A DNA stretch of 64,000 bases, taken from positions 1,378,676-1,442,675 of the forward strand of contig OY970306.1 of the NCBI GenBank assembly GCA_963716375.1, in the 5' to 3' direction. Position 1 is the stretch's first letter. Each line of letters begins with the position of its first letter. Below, one piece after another: positions 1-11,790 of the stretch. This stretch comes from an uncultured Chloroflexia bacterium (GTDB taxonomy: Bacteria > Chloroflexota > Limnocylindria > Limnocylindrales > CSP1-4). The notes beneath the pieces are model-generated. The model was not told where the DNA came from. It made no database searches and saw only the letters and a program-made list of their open reading frames with translations. The translations under genes were made by a program, and so were the position numbers.

Positions 1-1
1 G

Positions 2-289
2 ATTCTGCGAGGCGCGACGCCGCGGGCCGGCCGCCGGGCAACCGTGAAGCCCGGGCCGCGCTGGACGGAGCTGGCCGGGGAGGGGACCCTCGGCCTGACG
101 CCGGCCGAGGCCCGTGCCGCTGCCGCGCGGGCTCGGGCGGATCGAACGCGTCGGGCGGGCGCGACGCGTCGCGCGGACGCTCGCCGTGCGGCCGGCGCCG
201 ATTCCGCCACGGGCTCGGTCGCCGATTCGGTCACTAGCTCGGTCGCCGGTTCGGTCGCGATCGAGTCGTCACCGGGCGAATCCGGCTGA
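2..289 (+). CDS. 3' end of an unidentified ORF entering from the left window edge (partial)
   Basis: The frame is open from the window edge to TGA 287-289. That stop overlaps the next gene's ATG (TGATG), a coupling pattern used by real gene pairs elsewhere in the window. The translation is Ala/Arg/Ser-rich with no motif I recognise. Confidence 0.25.
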   Translation: MLRGATPRAGRRATVKPGPRWTELAGEGTLGLTPAEARAAAARARADRTRRAGATRRADARRAAGADSATGSVADSVTSSVAGSVAIESSPGESG

Positions 290-2427
290 TGTCGGTGCTC
301 CGCTTCTCCGACCTCGTCCGCGAGATCGGCAGCTTCGTCATCCTCGACCATCTCGCGGGCGCCATCGCGCTCGGCGATCGGGTCGGTCTCGTCGGCCCCA
401 ACGGCGAGGGCAAGACGACCCTGCTGCGGATCCTGGCCGGGTTCGACGAGCCCGACGAAGGCGAGGTCCAGCGGCGGCGCGGCCTGCGAATCGGGCTCCT
501 CTCCCAGGAGGCGCACCTGGACGCGGCGTTCATGGCGGCGCCCGACGTCCGTTCGGCGGTCCGCCACGGCGCCGCCGAGCTCGAGGTCATGGAGCACCAG
601 CTGGCCGAGCTCGAGGCCGCCCACCGCGTGACCGAGCCCGGCTATGCCGAACTCCAGCACCGGTTCGAGCTGCTGGGCGGGTACAGCCTGGACCAGCGGG
701 TCGACGAGGCGCTCTCGGGGCTCGGCTTCACGATGGAGGAACGGCAGCGGCCGCCGACCTCGCTCTCCGGGGGCGAGCAGACGCGCGCGGCGCTCGCCCG
801 ACTCGTCATCTCGGATCCCGATCTGCTGCTCCTCGACGAGCCGACGAACCACCTCGACATCGACGCCCTCGAATGGCTCGAGGAGCACCTCCGGCGACGG
901 TCGGGGTCGCTCGTGGTCGCCTCCCACGACCGGGCGTTCCTCGACGCCACCGTGACCCGGGTCTGGGAGCTGCGCGGCCGCCGCCTGACCACGTTCCGTG
1001 GCAACTACAGCGCCTATCACCGCCAGCGCGAGGAGCGGGACGAACGCGCGGCGAAGGACGCCGAGGGCCAGGCCGGCCAGATCGAGCGCGAGCGCGAGCT
1101 GATCCAGAACTACCGCAGCCATCGCAACTACCCGAAGATGCACGAGCACGAGGCGCGCCTGGAGCGGCTGCTCGCCGCGAAGGTCGAAGCGCCGAAGGGC
1201 CGTCGGAAGCTCGCGCTGCCGACCGAATCCCTGACCAGGTCCCTGCCCAGCCGGGCGGGCTCGGTGGTCGTCACCGTCGACGACCTCGTCGTCGGCTACC
1301 GCTCGCCGGCCGGGCCGAAGGCCATCGCCCGGGTGCCCTGGCTCGCGGCCCAGCGTGGCGAACGGATCGGCATCGTCGGTCCCAACGGCGCCGGCAAGAC
1401 GACGCTCCTGCGCACGATCGCGGGCGAGCTGTCGCCGATCGACGGCGGGCTGACGTTCGGTTCGGGGGTCCAGATCGGCTACCTCGCCCAGTTGCGCGAG
1501 GCGGCCATCCCGGGCACCACCGTCCTCGACGCCCTCCTCGGCGTGATGCCGGTCACACAGGGCGAAGCCCGCAGCTACCTCGCCCGCTTCCTGTTCCGCG
1601 GCGACGACGTGAACAAGGAGGTCCGGACACTGTCCGGCGGCGAGCGCTCGCGCCTGGAGCTGGCGCTGCTCGGGATCACGCCGGCGAACCTGCTGCTGCT
1701 TGACGAGCCGACGAACCACCTCGACATCCCGGCCCGCGAGGCGATCGAGACGTTCATCCGCGAGTCGCCGGCGACCGTGCTCGTCGTCAGCCACGATCGG
1801 CGATTGCTCGAGACGCTCTGCGATCGGCTGTGGGTCGTGGCCGGCGGGCTGGCCGTGCCGTTCGACGGCGGCTACCGTGCCTGGCGGGCGGCGATCGCGG
1901 AAGGCTGGACAACCGCGGCCGCGGCCGAAGTGGAGGCCCGTCGTCTGCATCGTCCGGGCGGCGCCGCCGTCGGGACCGGAACCGGCGCCGGAGCCAGGGC
2001 GGGGGTGGGGGCCGTCACGGCGCCCATTCCGACGCCGGTGGCGGTCGGAGCGGTCGCGGGCCGCTCGACCTCAGGGTCGAACGGTTCGGCCGGCTCGCGC
2101 GGGAGCGGGGGAACGGCAGGTTCGAGGGCGGGCTCGAACGGGTCCGAGTCGGTGGAGACCGCCGCGGTCGCTGCACGCGGGCGGTCGACGCCCGCTCGCG
2201 GGCCGAAGCTCTCGAAGGACGCCTACCGCAAACAGAAGGCCGCAGTCGAGGCCGACCTGACCCGCCTCGGACTCCGGAAGAACCACCTGGAGCTGGCGAT
2301 GGGCGACCCGGCCGTCCAGGCGAACTTCGTCGAGCTGCGGCGGATCACGAGCGAGCTGGCGGACGTGAACCAGGCCCTCGAGGCCGCCGAGACGGCCTGG
2401 CTGGACGTGGAGGAGCGGGCGCCGTGA
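289..2427 (+). CDS. ABC-F family ATPase (two tandem ABC ATPase domains, no TM domain; Uup/EttA-like) with a C-terminal coiled-coil tail
   Basis: 712-aa ORF with two Walker A motifs (GPNGEGKTT, GPNGAGKTT), two LSGGE signatures and two LLLLDEPTNHLD Walker B motifs. A Gly/Ser/Ala-rich linker (about nt 1930-2200) precedes a charged helical C-terminus. Confidence 0.9.
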   Translation: MSVLRFSDLVREIGSFVILDHLAGAIALGDRVGLVGPNGEGKTTLLRILAGFDEPDEGEVQRRRGLRIGLLSQEAHLDAAFMAAPDVRSAVRHGAAELEVMEHQLAELEAAHRVTEPGYAELQHRFELLGGYSLDQRVDEALSGLGFTMEERQRPPTSLSGGEQTRAALARLVISDPDLLLLDEPTNHLDIDALEWLEEHLRRRSGSLVVASHDRAFLDATVTRVWELRGRRLTTFRGNYSAYHRQREERDERAAKDAEGQAGQIERERELIQNYRSHRNYPKMHEHEARLERLLAAKVEAPKGRRKLALPTESLTRSLPSRAGSVVVTVDDLVVGYRSPAGPKAIARVPWLAAQRGERIGIVGPNGAGKTTLLRTIAGELSPIDGGLTFGSGVQIGYLAQLREAAIPGTTVLDALLGVMPVTQGEARSYLARFLFRGDDVNKEVRTLSGGERSRLELALLGITPANLLLLDEPTNHLDIPAREAIETFIRESPATVLVVSHDRRLLETLCDRLWVVAGGLAVPFDGGYRAWRAAIAEGWTTAAAAEVEARRLHRPGGAAVGTGTGAGARAGVGAVTAPIPTPVAVGAVAGRSTSGSNGSAGSRGSGGTAGSRAGSNGSESVETAAVAARGRSTPARGPKLSKDAYRKQKAAVEADLTRLGLRKNHLELAMGDPAVQANFVELRRITSELADVNQALEAAETAWLDVEERAP

Positions 2428-3086
2428 GTCCGGCGGGTCCGGCCGGCGATCCCGGCGTTCATGGTCACGCCCCGCTCCTGATCGGGCTCACCGGTCCGAT
2501 CGGCTGCGGCAAGTCGACCGTGGCCGGCTGGCTGGTCGAACGCGGCGCCATCGTCGTCGATGCGGACCGCCTGGCCCGCGCCGTCACCGAGCCCGGCTCC
2601 GCGGCGCTGGCCGAGATCGCCGCGCGGTTCGGCCCAGATATCCTGCGGCCGGATGGCACGCTCGATCGTGGGGCGCTCGGCCGCATCGTCTTCGCCGACC
2701 CGGGCGCCCTCGTGGCGCTCGAATCGATCGTCCATCCCGCCGTCCGGCCGCGAATCCTCGAAGCTCTCCGCAACGCGGCGGCCCAGCACTCGCCGGCCGT
2801 CGTCCTCGAGGCGATCAAGCTCGTCGAAGCGGGCTACCCGGCGCTCCTCGACGAGGTCTGGCTCGTCAGCTGCACCCCCGCCGAGCAGGAGCAGCGGCTC
2901 ATCGGTCGCGGCATGACGGTTTCGGATGCCCGCCAGCGGATGGCCGCTCAGGCGGGCATGGCGGAACGCGTGGTCGCTGCGGCGAGCCGTCTCATCGACA
3001 CGTCGGGGCCGGCCGAGGCCGCGCGCCGGCGAGTGCACGCTGCGCTGGCCGAGGCGCTCGCCGACCGCGCCGCGCGGCCGGGGTAA
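2424..3086 (+). CDS. coaE: dephospho-CoA kinase
   Basis: N-terminal P-loop IGLTGPIGCGKST and a length of ~220 aa. GTG 2424 overlaps the ABC-F stop (GTGA). The longer ORF-track version (1830..) overlaps ABC-F out of frame and is not credible. Confidence 0.85.
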   Translation: MSPAGPAGDPGVHGHAPLLIGLTGPIGCGKSTVAGWLVERGAIVVDADRLARAVTEPGSAALAEIAARFGPDILRPDGTLDRGALGRIVFADPGALVALESIVHPAVRPRILEALRNAAAQHSPAVVLEAIKLVEAGYPALLDEVWLVSCTPAEQEQRLIGRGMTVSDARQRMAAQAGMAERVVAAASRLIDTSGPAEAARRRVHAALAEALADRAARPG

Positions 3087-3159
3087 GCCGCGTCCGATAC
3101 CGGCCCAAGGAGCCGCTCCGGTCGAAGTGAACAGGCGTTCGGTTTCACGTCCTGCGTGG

Positions 3160-3165
3160 TAGACT
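3160..3165 (+). promoter_or_regulatory. -10 element TAGACT, 7 nt before the uvrB ATG (leaderless transcript predicted)
   Basis: tggTAGACTggcggcgATG. Confidence 0.5.
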
Positions 3166-3172
3166 GGCGGCG

Positions 3173-5612
3173 ATGCCCGATTTCAAGCTCGTCGCCGACT
3201 TTCGGCCGACCGGCGACCAGCCGGCTGCCATCGATCGCCTCGCGGACGGCCTGAAGAAGGGCCTCCGCCACCAGACGCTGCTGGGCGCGACGGGCACCGG
3301 CAAGACGTTCACGATCGCCAAGGTCATCGAGCAGCAGCAGCGGCCGACGCTCGTCCTGGCGCACAACAAGACCCTCGCCGCCCAGCTGTATTCGGAGTTC
3401 CGCGAGTTCTTCCCGGACAACGCGGTCGAGTACTTCGTCAGCTACTTCGACTACTACCAGCCCGAGGCGTACCTGCCTCGCAGCGACACCTACATCGAGA
3501 AGGACTCGAGCCGCAACGACGAGATCGACAAGCTCCGCCACGCGGCGACCCACGCGCTGTTCGAGCGGCGCGACGTGATCATCGTCGCCTCGGTCTCCTG
3601 CATCTACGGCCTCGGCGCCCCGGTGGACTACGGGGCCACCGTCCTGCGGCTGCGCACCGGCGGGCCACTACCGCCGCGATGCCGTCCTGCGGCACCTCGT
3701 GGATCTCCAGTACCAGCGCAACGACGCCCAGCTCAGCCGCGCCCGGTTCCGCGTCCGCGGCGACACGCTGGAGGTGCAGCCCGCCTCGGAGGATCGCGTC
3801 GTCCGCGTCGAGTTCTTCGGCGACGAGATCGAGCGGATCACGGAGATCGACCCGCTCACGGGCGAGCTGCTGGCCGAACGCAAGGACCTCAACGTCTACC
3901 CGGCGACCCACTTCGTGACGCCCAACGACAAGCTGAAGGAAGCCATCGTCGACATCGACCTCGAGATGGAGTCGCGCGTCGGCGAGCTGGAGGCCCAGGG
4001 CCGGGCCCTCGAGGCGGCCCGACTCCGCCAGCGGACGACCTTCGACCTCGAGATGATGCGCGAGCTCGGCTACTGCTCGGGCGTGGAGAACTATTCGCGC
4101 CACCTGTCCCGTCGCGAGGCGGGTTCACGGCCGTGGACGCTGCTCGACTACTTCCCGCCGGACTGGCTGCTGGTCGTCGACGAGAGCCACATGTCCATTC
4201 CGCAGGTCGTCGGGATGTACAAGAACGACCGGACCCGCAAGGAGATCCTGGTCGACTTCGGGTTCCGCCTGCCGTCGGCGCTGGACAACCGGCCGCTGAC
4301 GTTCGAGGAGTTCGAGGCGACGGTCCGCCAGGCGGTCTACATGAGCGCCACGCCGGGCCCGTACGAGCTGGAGCGCAGCGATCGGATCGTCGAGCAGCTG
4401 ATCCGGCCGACCGGGGTCATCGATCCGAAGATCGTCATCCGCCCGACCGACGGCCAGATCGACGACCTGATGGAGGAGATCCGGCTGCGCGTCGAACGCG
4501 GCGAGCGCGCCCTGGTCACCACCCTCACCAAGAAGATGGCGGAGGACCTCGCCGACTACCTCCACGAGCTCGGGATCAAGGTCCAGTACCTGCACTCCGA
4601 GGTCGACACGCTCGAGCGGGTCCAGATCCTGCGCGACCTGCGCCTCGGGGTCTACGACGTGCTGGTCGGGATCAACCTCCTGCGCGAGGGCATCGACCTG
4701 CCCGAGGTCACGCTGGTCGCGATCCTCGATGCCGACAAGGAAGGGTTCCTGCGCAGCAGCTGGTCGCTCATCCAGATGATCGGCCGGGCCGCCCGGAACA
4801 CGGAAGGCGCCGTCGTGATGTACGCGGACCACGTCACGGAGTCGATGCGGGCCGCGATCGACGAGACGGACCGGCGGCGCGCGGTGCAGGTCGCCTACAA
4901 CACGGCGCACGGGATCGAGCCGGCCACGATCATCAAGGAGATCCACGACATCAACGAGCGGCTGCGCTCGGTGGCCGAGGCGACGGACGTATACACGGCC
5001 AACGGCCCGGCCGGCCGGTTCGGGCCGCACGATCTCGGCGCCGCGGGCCGCGGCCAGGTCGAGCGGCTGGTGGCCCAGCTGGAGGCCGATATGAAGGGCG
5101 CGGCGCGACAGCTCGAATTCGAACGGGCCGCCGCGCTGCGCGACGAGATCCAGCAGATCCGCCTGCGGGTCCTGGAGGAGGACCAGTCGGCCATCGTGGC
5201 GCGAGCCGCCGAAGGCGCGGCCCGCTCGTCACGCGAGGCGGCCACGGTCGCCTCCGTTGCGCCTGGCAGCAAGGGTCGCACGCGCGCCGACGGCACCCGC
5301 CGGCGGCCCGGCGAGAAGGTCCCGGAGCCACCGGCCTACGAGGTCACGAGCGTGACGGTCCTGCCGGCCGAGGAAGAGCCGGCCCAGACGCTCGACGGCG
5401 TGCCGGAGGAAACGATCGACGACCCGGACCGCGAGCTGGCGGCGGTGCCGACGGTCTCGGACTGGCTGCCCGGGATCCGCGACGAGCACGAGGACGACGG
5501 CGGCTGGCAGGCGCGCTGGCTGGACCGGCCAACGTGGGACCGGACCGTGACGCCGAACGTGATCAAGCGAACGGGCACGCGCGCGCCGCGACCGGGGCGC
5601 CGCCGCCGCTGA
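3173..5612 (+). CDS. uvrB: excinuclease ABC subunit B, reading frame broken by a +1 indel near nt 3662-3666
   Basis: The first ~165 aa follow ATG 3173 (GATGTGKTF Walker [11 protein letters not shown]). The rest lies in the next frame (ORF 3699..5612: VVDESH box, helicase C motifs, UVR motif [13 protein letters not shown]). Frames join as ...LRLRTGG|[20 protein letters not shown] at GGCGGGCCAC. A ~130-aa extra C-terminal tail is present. Confidence 0.9.
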
Positions 5613-5747
5613 CGAGCGGCCGCGCTGGAGACCTCGGGCTGATGGCGTCGGGGACCTCCGCCTCAGACCTCGGTGGGCGAGTGGCTCCCGTTTGGTGAGG
5701 GCGCCTGCTCCAGAGCGACAACGCTGGAGGGACACGCAACAGAACAG

Positions 5748-5777
5748 TTGTTCGGATTGGGTGTGAACCGGTAGAAT
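5748..5777 (+). promoter_or_regulatory. uvrA promoter: -35 TTGTTC, 18-nt spacer, -10 TAGAAT, 6 nt before the GTG
   Basis: cagTTGTTCggattgggtgtgaaccggTAGAATaggttcGTG. Confidence 0.55.
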
Positions 5778-5783
5778 AGGTTC

Positions 5784-8855
<3,072 letters not shown>

Positions 8856-8869
8856 CGGGGTTGCGGCCG

Positions 8870-8875
8870 CTACCA
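8870..8875 (+). promoter_or_regulatory. -10 element TACCAT, 7 nt before ATG 8883
   Basis: cgcTACCATgggcttcATG. Confidence 0.4.
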
Positions 8876-8882
8876 TGGGCTC

Positions 8883-9347
8883 ATGCCTGACATCGAATTT
8901 GCGTTTCTCGCCGACGCCGCCGATGCCCGCCCCGGCCAGAAGTTCAGCATCCTCGGCGGCGGCATCGACCGGATCGGCGGCCCGACCTTCCCGCTCCAGC
9001 ACCCCCATCTCGCGCTCGTGATCGGCCTGTCGATGACGAGCGTCGAGCTGAACCGCGAGCACGAGGTGAAATTCCTGCTGCTCGATTCCGGGGGCCACGA
9101 GCTGACTTCGGGCACGGCCAACATCATGGCCCAGGGCGCGGCGGACGCCGCGGACAACGTCATCACGTTCGCCGTGGACCTCTGGAATCTCACGTTCACC
9201 CTGCCGGGCGACTACTCGTTCCGCCTCCTGATCGACGGTTCCGAGCGCAAGCGGCTGGGGCTCAACGTGTCGGTGCTCGGCGCGCCGACGGCCGCACCTC
9301 CGGTTGAGAACACGGACAAGCCCGGCGAGCGCCGCTACGACGCCTGA
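8883..9347 (+). CDS. hypothetical protein (154 aa), no recognised motif
   Basis: Clean ORF with non-biased composition, unlike the Arg-rich spurious frames. ATG lies 7 nt after a TACCAT -10-like hexamer. It sits between uvrA and the helicase. Confidence 0.6.
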   Translation: MPDIEFAFLADAADARPGQKFSILGGGIDRIGGPTFPLQHPHLALVIGLSMTSVELNREHEVKFLLLDSGGHELTSGTANIMAQGAADAADNVITFAVDLWNLTFTLPGDYSFRLLIDGSERKRLGLNVSVLGAPTAAPPVENTDKPGERRYDA

Positions 9348-9445
9348 CGCCGAGCGCGACACCTGACACAGCCCGTGCCTTCCCGCGGTCGTCTGACGCC
9401 GGGGTCGGATCGCTGGCCGGCTCCCGCGGGCCGCTGACTCCAGCC

Positions 9446-9790
9446 ATGAGCACGACCCCGCCTCCGCGTCAGGCCGGTCCGGCCCGCCACGAGATTCCGG
9501 CGATCGACGCGGCCGCGCTGGACGCCGCCCGTCACGCGGACCGCCTGCTCGCGGCCGCTCGCGAGCGAGGCCAGCAGCGCTGGGTCAACTTCCTCGCGCC
9601 GATCCCTGACGGGTTGCGTGACGGGCCACTCAAGGAGTTGCGCTCGACGGCGCTCAAGGCTCGGGCCGCCTACGGGCCGAAGGACTCGATCCGCGACGTC
9701 CTTCCCGACAACCTCACCGAGCCGTTCCGCGAGTCGATCGACCGGTTGCTGAAGGCGCTCGCGAGGCACGACGTGAACGCCCAGTCATGA
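9446..9790 (+). CDS. hypothetical protein (114 aa), helical/charged
   Basis: ORF with plausible composition. Its 3' end overlaps the convergent helicase gene by 6 nt. No motif recognised. Confidence 0.45.
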   Translation: MSTTPPPRQAGPARHEIPAIDAAALDAARHADRLLAAARERGQQRWVNFLAPIPDGLRDGPLKELRSTALKARAAYGPKDSIRDVLPDNLTEPFRESIDRLLKALARHDVNAQS

Positions 9791-11611
9791 CCCTGGCCGG
9801 ACAGTTGCCGGATGACCGGTCGTGGCGTCATCCCGACCTGAGTCGCCGCCTGGTCCGGCGCGCTGGGCTGCCCGTCCGGCGTGACCCGGGCGGCGGGGCA
9901 GGTTCAGCTCCTCGGCCGTGAATGCTTCGAGCAGGAACGGCGACGGTGCCGCGGGGTCGTAGATCAGCGTCAGCGACTGCCGGGCGCGCGTCCAGGCGAC
10001 ATAGGCGAGCCGCCGTTCCTCCTCCAGCGCGCGGGCCGGATCCGGCGCGTCGGCGAGGCTGCGGGCGCTCGGGAAGCGGCCGTCGTCGAGCCCGATGACC
10101 GCCACGTCGTCGAACTCGAGCCCCTTGGTCCCGTGGGCCGTCGCGAGGGTCAGCGGCGCATCGTCACGGCGCAGCTCCGCCAGTCGCGCTCGTCGCGCGC
10201 GGATGGCCGCCTCGAACGAGGCCAGGTCGCGGTAGGGGGCGGCCCAGCCGAGCATCGCCCGCACGAGCATCGTCCGGTCGGGCCGGCCGCCGTCATCGCC
10301 GCGCGGATCGGGCTCGCCGGCATGGGCGTGGCGCCTGCCGAGCATTGCCAGACGGATCAGCAGGGGAGCACCCGGGTCGGATCGTGCCGCGACCTCGGCA
10401 AGCAGCCCGTCCACAAGTGGATCCTCGATGAGCAGCGCAACTCCAGGCGCCCGAAACGGCAGCCCGAGTTCGAGCGCTTCGGCGAGGGGCGGCAGCAGCT
10501 CGCGATTCGTCCTCGCCAGGACGGCGCGGGTCGATCCGTGAGCCAGGGGCGCCCGCAGGAACCGGACCGTGGCGCCACCCTCGCTGCCTCCCGGTTCGGG
10601 CGCCAGGACGAGTCGGCCCGTGGCGCCCGCTCGAGGCCGGATCTCCTTGACGAAGCGCTCGGCATTGCCCTCGATCAGCCGGACGGCACGCACCACCACG
10701 GGCCGCGGGCAGCGGTAGTTCGTGACGAGGTCGATTCGCCGCAGCCCGGGCAGCGCGTCGGCCATCGACAGGACCCGGCGCACATCCGCCAGCCGCCAGC
10801 CGTAGATCGACTGGTCGTCGTCGCCGACGAGGAAGATCCGATTGGCAGGCGCAGCCAGGCGCAGCGCGAGCTGGAGCTGGCTGCGGTCGACGTCCTGGAC
10901 CTCGTCGACGAGCAGGTGCGCGCAGGTCCGTCGCCAGGCCGCGAGCACGGCGGCATCCTCGTCGAGCAACCGGAGGGCGTGCGCCACGAAGTCGTCGAAG
11001 TCGACCGCGCCGACGCGTCCCAGGTGTCGCTCATAGGCGACGAACGCCTCCACCAGCGGGTCCGGTCGCCGGCCATCACCCGCCGGGTCCGCGGCGAGGG
11101 CCGCGGCCGCCGACTCCAGCGACCAGGCCCGATCCAGCTTGAACCGCGAGATCGCGTCGTCGATGGCGCGCCGGCCGGCCGGTCCGGCCCTCGGGAAGAG
11201 CGCCCGCAGGACGTCGCCGCGGTCCACGAGCGGCTCCACCGGGCGCCCCGCCGACTGGAGCATCTCGCGACCAAGGGCGTGGAACGTTCGCACCCGAACG
11301 GCGCCTGGCTCGATGCCGAGTGGCTGGAGGGCGGTCGCCAGCCGGTCGCCGAGCTCGTCCGCCGCCCGCTTGTTGAACGTCACGGCGCAGATCCCGGCAG
11401 GGTCCACGCCGCCGGCGATCAACCAGGCGATCCGCGCGACCAGGGTGGTCGTCTTGCCCGAGCCCGCGGGCGCGACGCACAGCACGGGCCCGGGTGACGC
11501 GGTCGCTGCCGCCCGCTGATCCGGGGCCAGCCGCGCGAGCCGTTCCTCGACGGCCGGATGCAGCCCGGCCGGGTGCAGCGCGACGGAATGGACGGCAGCG
11601 GGATGCGACAC
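9785..11611 (-). CDS. UvrD/REP (PcrA-like) superfamily-1 DNA helicase, short form (608 aa)
   Basis: Walker A APAGSGKTTTL, motif Ia AVTFNKRAADEL, DExx box LLVDEVQD, FLVGDDDQSIYGWR, and C-terminal TAHGTKGLEFD and AYVAWTRAR motifs. Confidence 0.85.
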   Translation of the reverse strand: MSHPAAVHSVALHPAGLHPAVEERLARLAPDQRAAATASPGPVLCVAPAGSGKTTTLVARIAWLIAGGVDPAGICAVTFNKRAADELGDRLATALQPLGIEPGAVRVRTFHALGREMLQSAGRPVEPLVDRGDVLRALFPRAGPAGRRAIDDAISRFKLDRAWSLESAAAALAADPAGDGRRPDPLVEAFVAYERHLGRVGAVDFDDFVAHALRLLDEDAAVLAAWRRTCAHLLVDEVQDVDRSQLQLALRLAAPANRIFLVGDDDQSIYGWRLADVRRVLSMADALPGLRRIDLVTNYRCPRPVVVRAVRLIEGNAERFVKEIRPRAGATGRLVLAPEPGGSEGGATVRFLRAPLAHGSTRAVLARTNRELLPPLAEALELGLPFRAPGVALLIEDPLVDGLLAEVAARSDPGAPLLIRLAMLGRRHAHAGEPDPRGDDGGRPDRTMLVRAMLGWAAPYRDLASFEAAIRARRARLAELRRDDAPLTLATAHGTKGLEFDDVAVIGLDDGRFPSARSLADAPDPARALEEERRLAYVAWTRARQSLTLIYDPAAPSPFLLEAFTAEELNLPRRPGHAGRAAQRAGPGGDSGRDDATTGHPATVRPGS

Positions 11612-11634
11612 GTCGTCATGGTCGTCCCGACCCC

Positions 11635-11694
11635 TCGACCGCTGCTTGCGCCCGGGTCGACCGCCGCTTGCGACCCGACCACCCGGCGCTTGCG
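11635..11694. repeat. three direct repeats of a GCTTGCG-containing 16-mer at a 22-bp period in the helicase/uvrC divergent region
   Basis: TCGACCGCTGCTTGCG (11635-11650), TCGACCGCCGCTTGCG (11657-11672) and a degenerate third copy ending in GCGCTTGCG at 11694. Confidence 0.6.
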
Positions 11695-11778
11695 CCGACC
11701 TTCACGGCGCCTCTACGCAAACTTCATCCAAACGTATCGCCGCCCGGGCCGACCGCCGGCTCCACGCCTCGCCCCTCC

Positions 11779-11784
11779 TACAAT
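11779..11784 (+). promoter_or_regulatory. -10 element TACAAT, 6 nt before the uvrC GTG
   Basis: ctccTACAATtcacgtGTG. Confidence 0.5.
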
Positions 11785-11790
11785 TCACGT

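Noticed and set aside
1830-2423. 5' extensions of ORF-track entries: coaE from 1830, uvrC from 11494, recJ from 16349, TolB-like from 17686, pyrF from 18300, tatA from 20440, whiA from 23717, SBP from 27645, def from 58932, fmt from 59497 and dtd from 63017.
   Set aside because: The extensions overlap the upstream gene out of frame and translate to low-complexity Arg/Pro text. Conserved N-termini, RBSs or GTGA couplings identify the internal starts used in the feature list.
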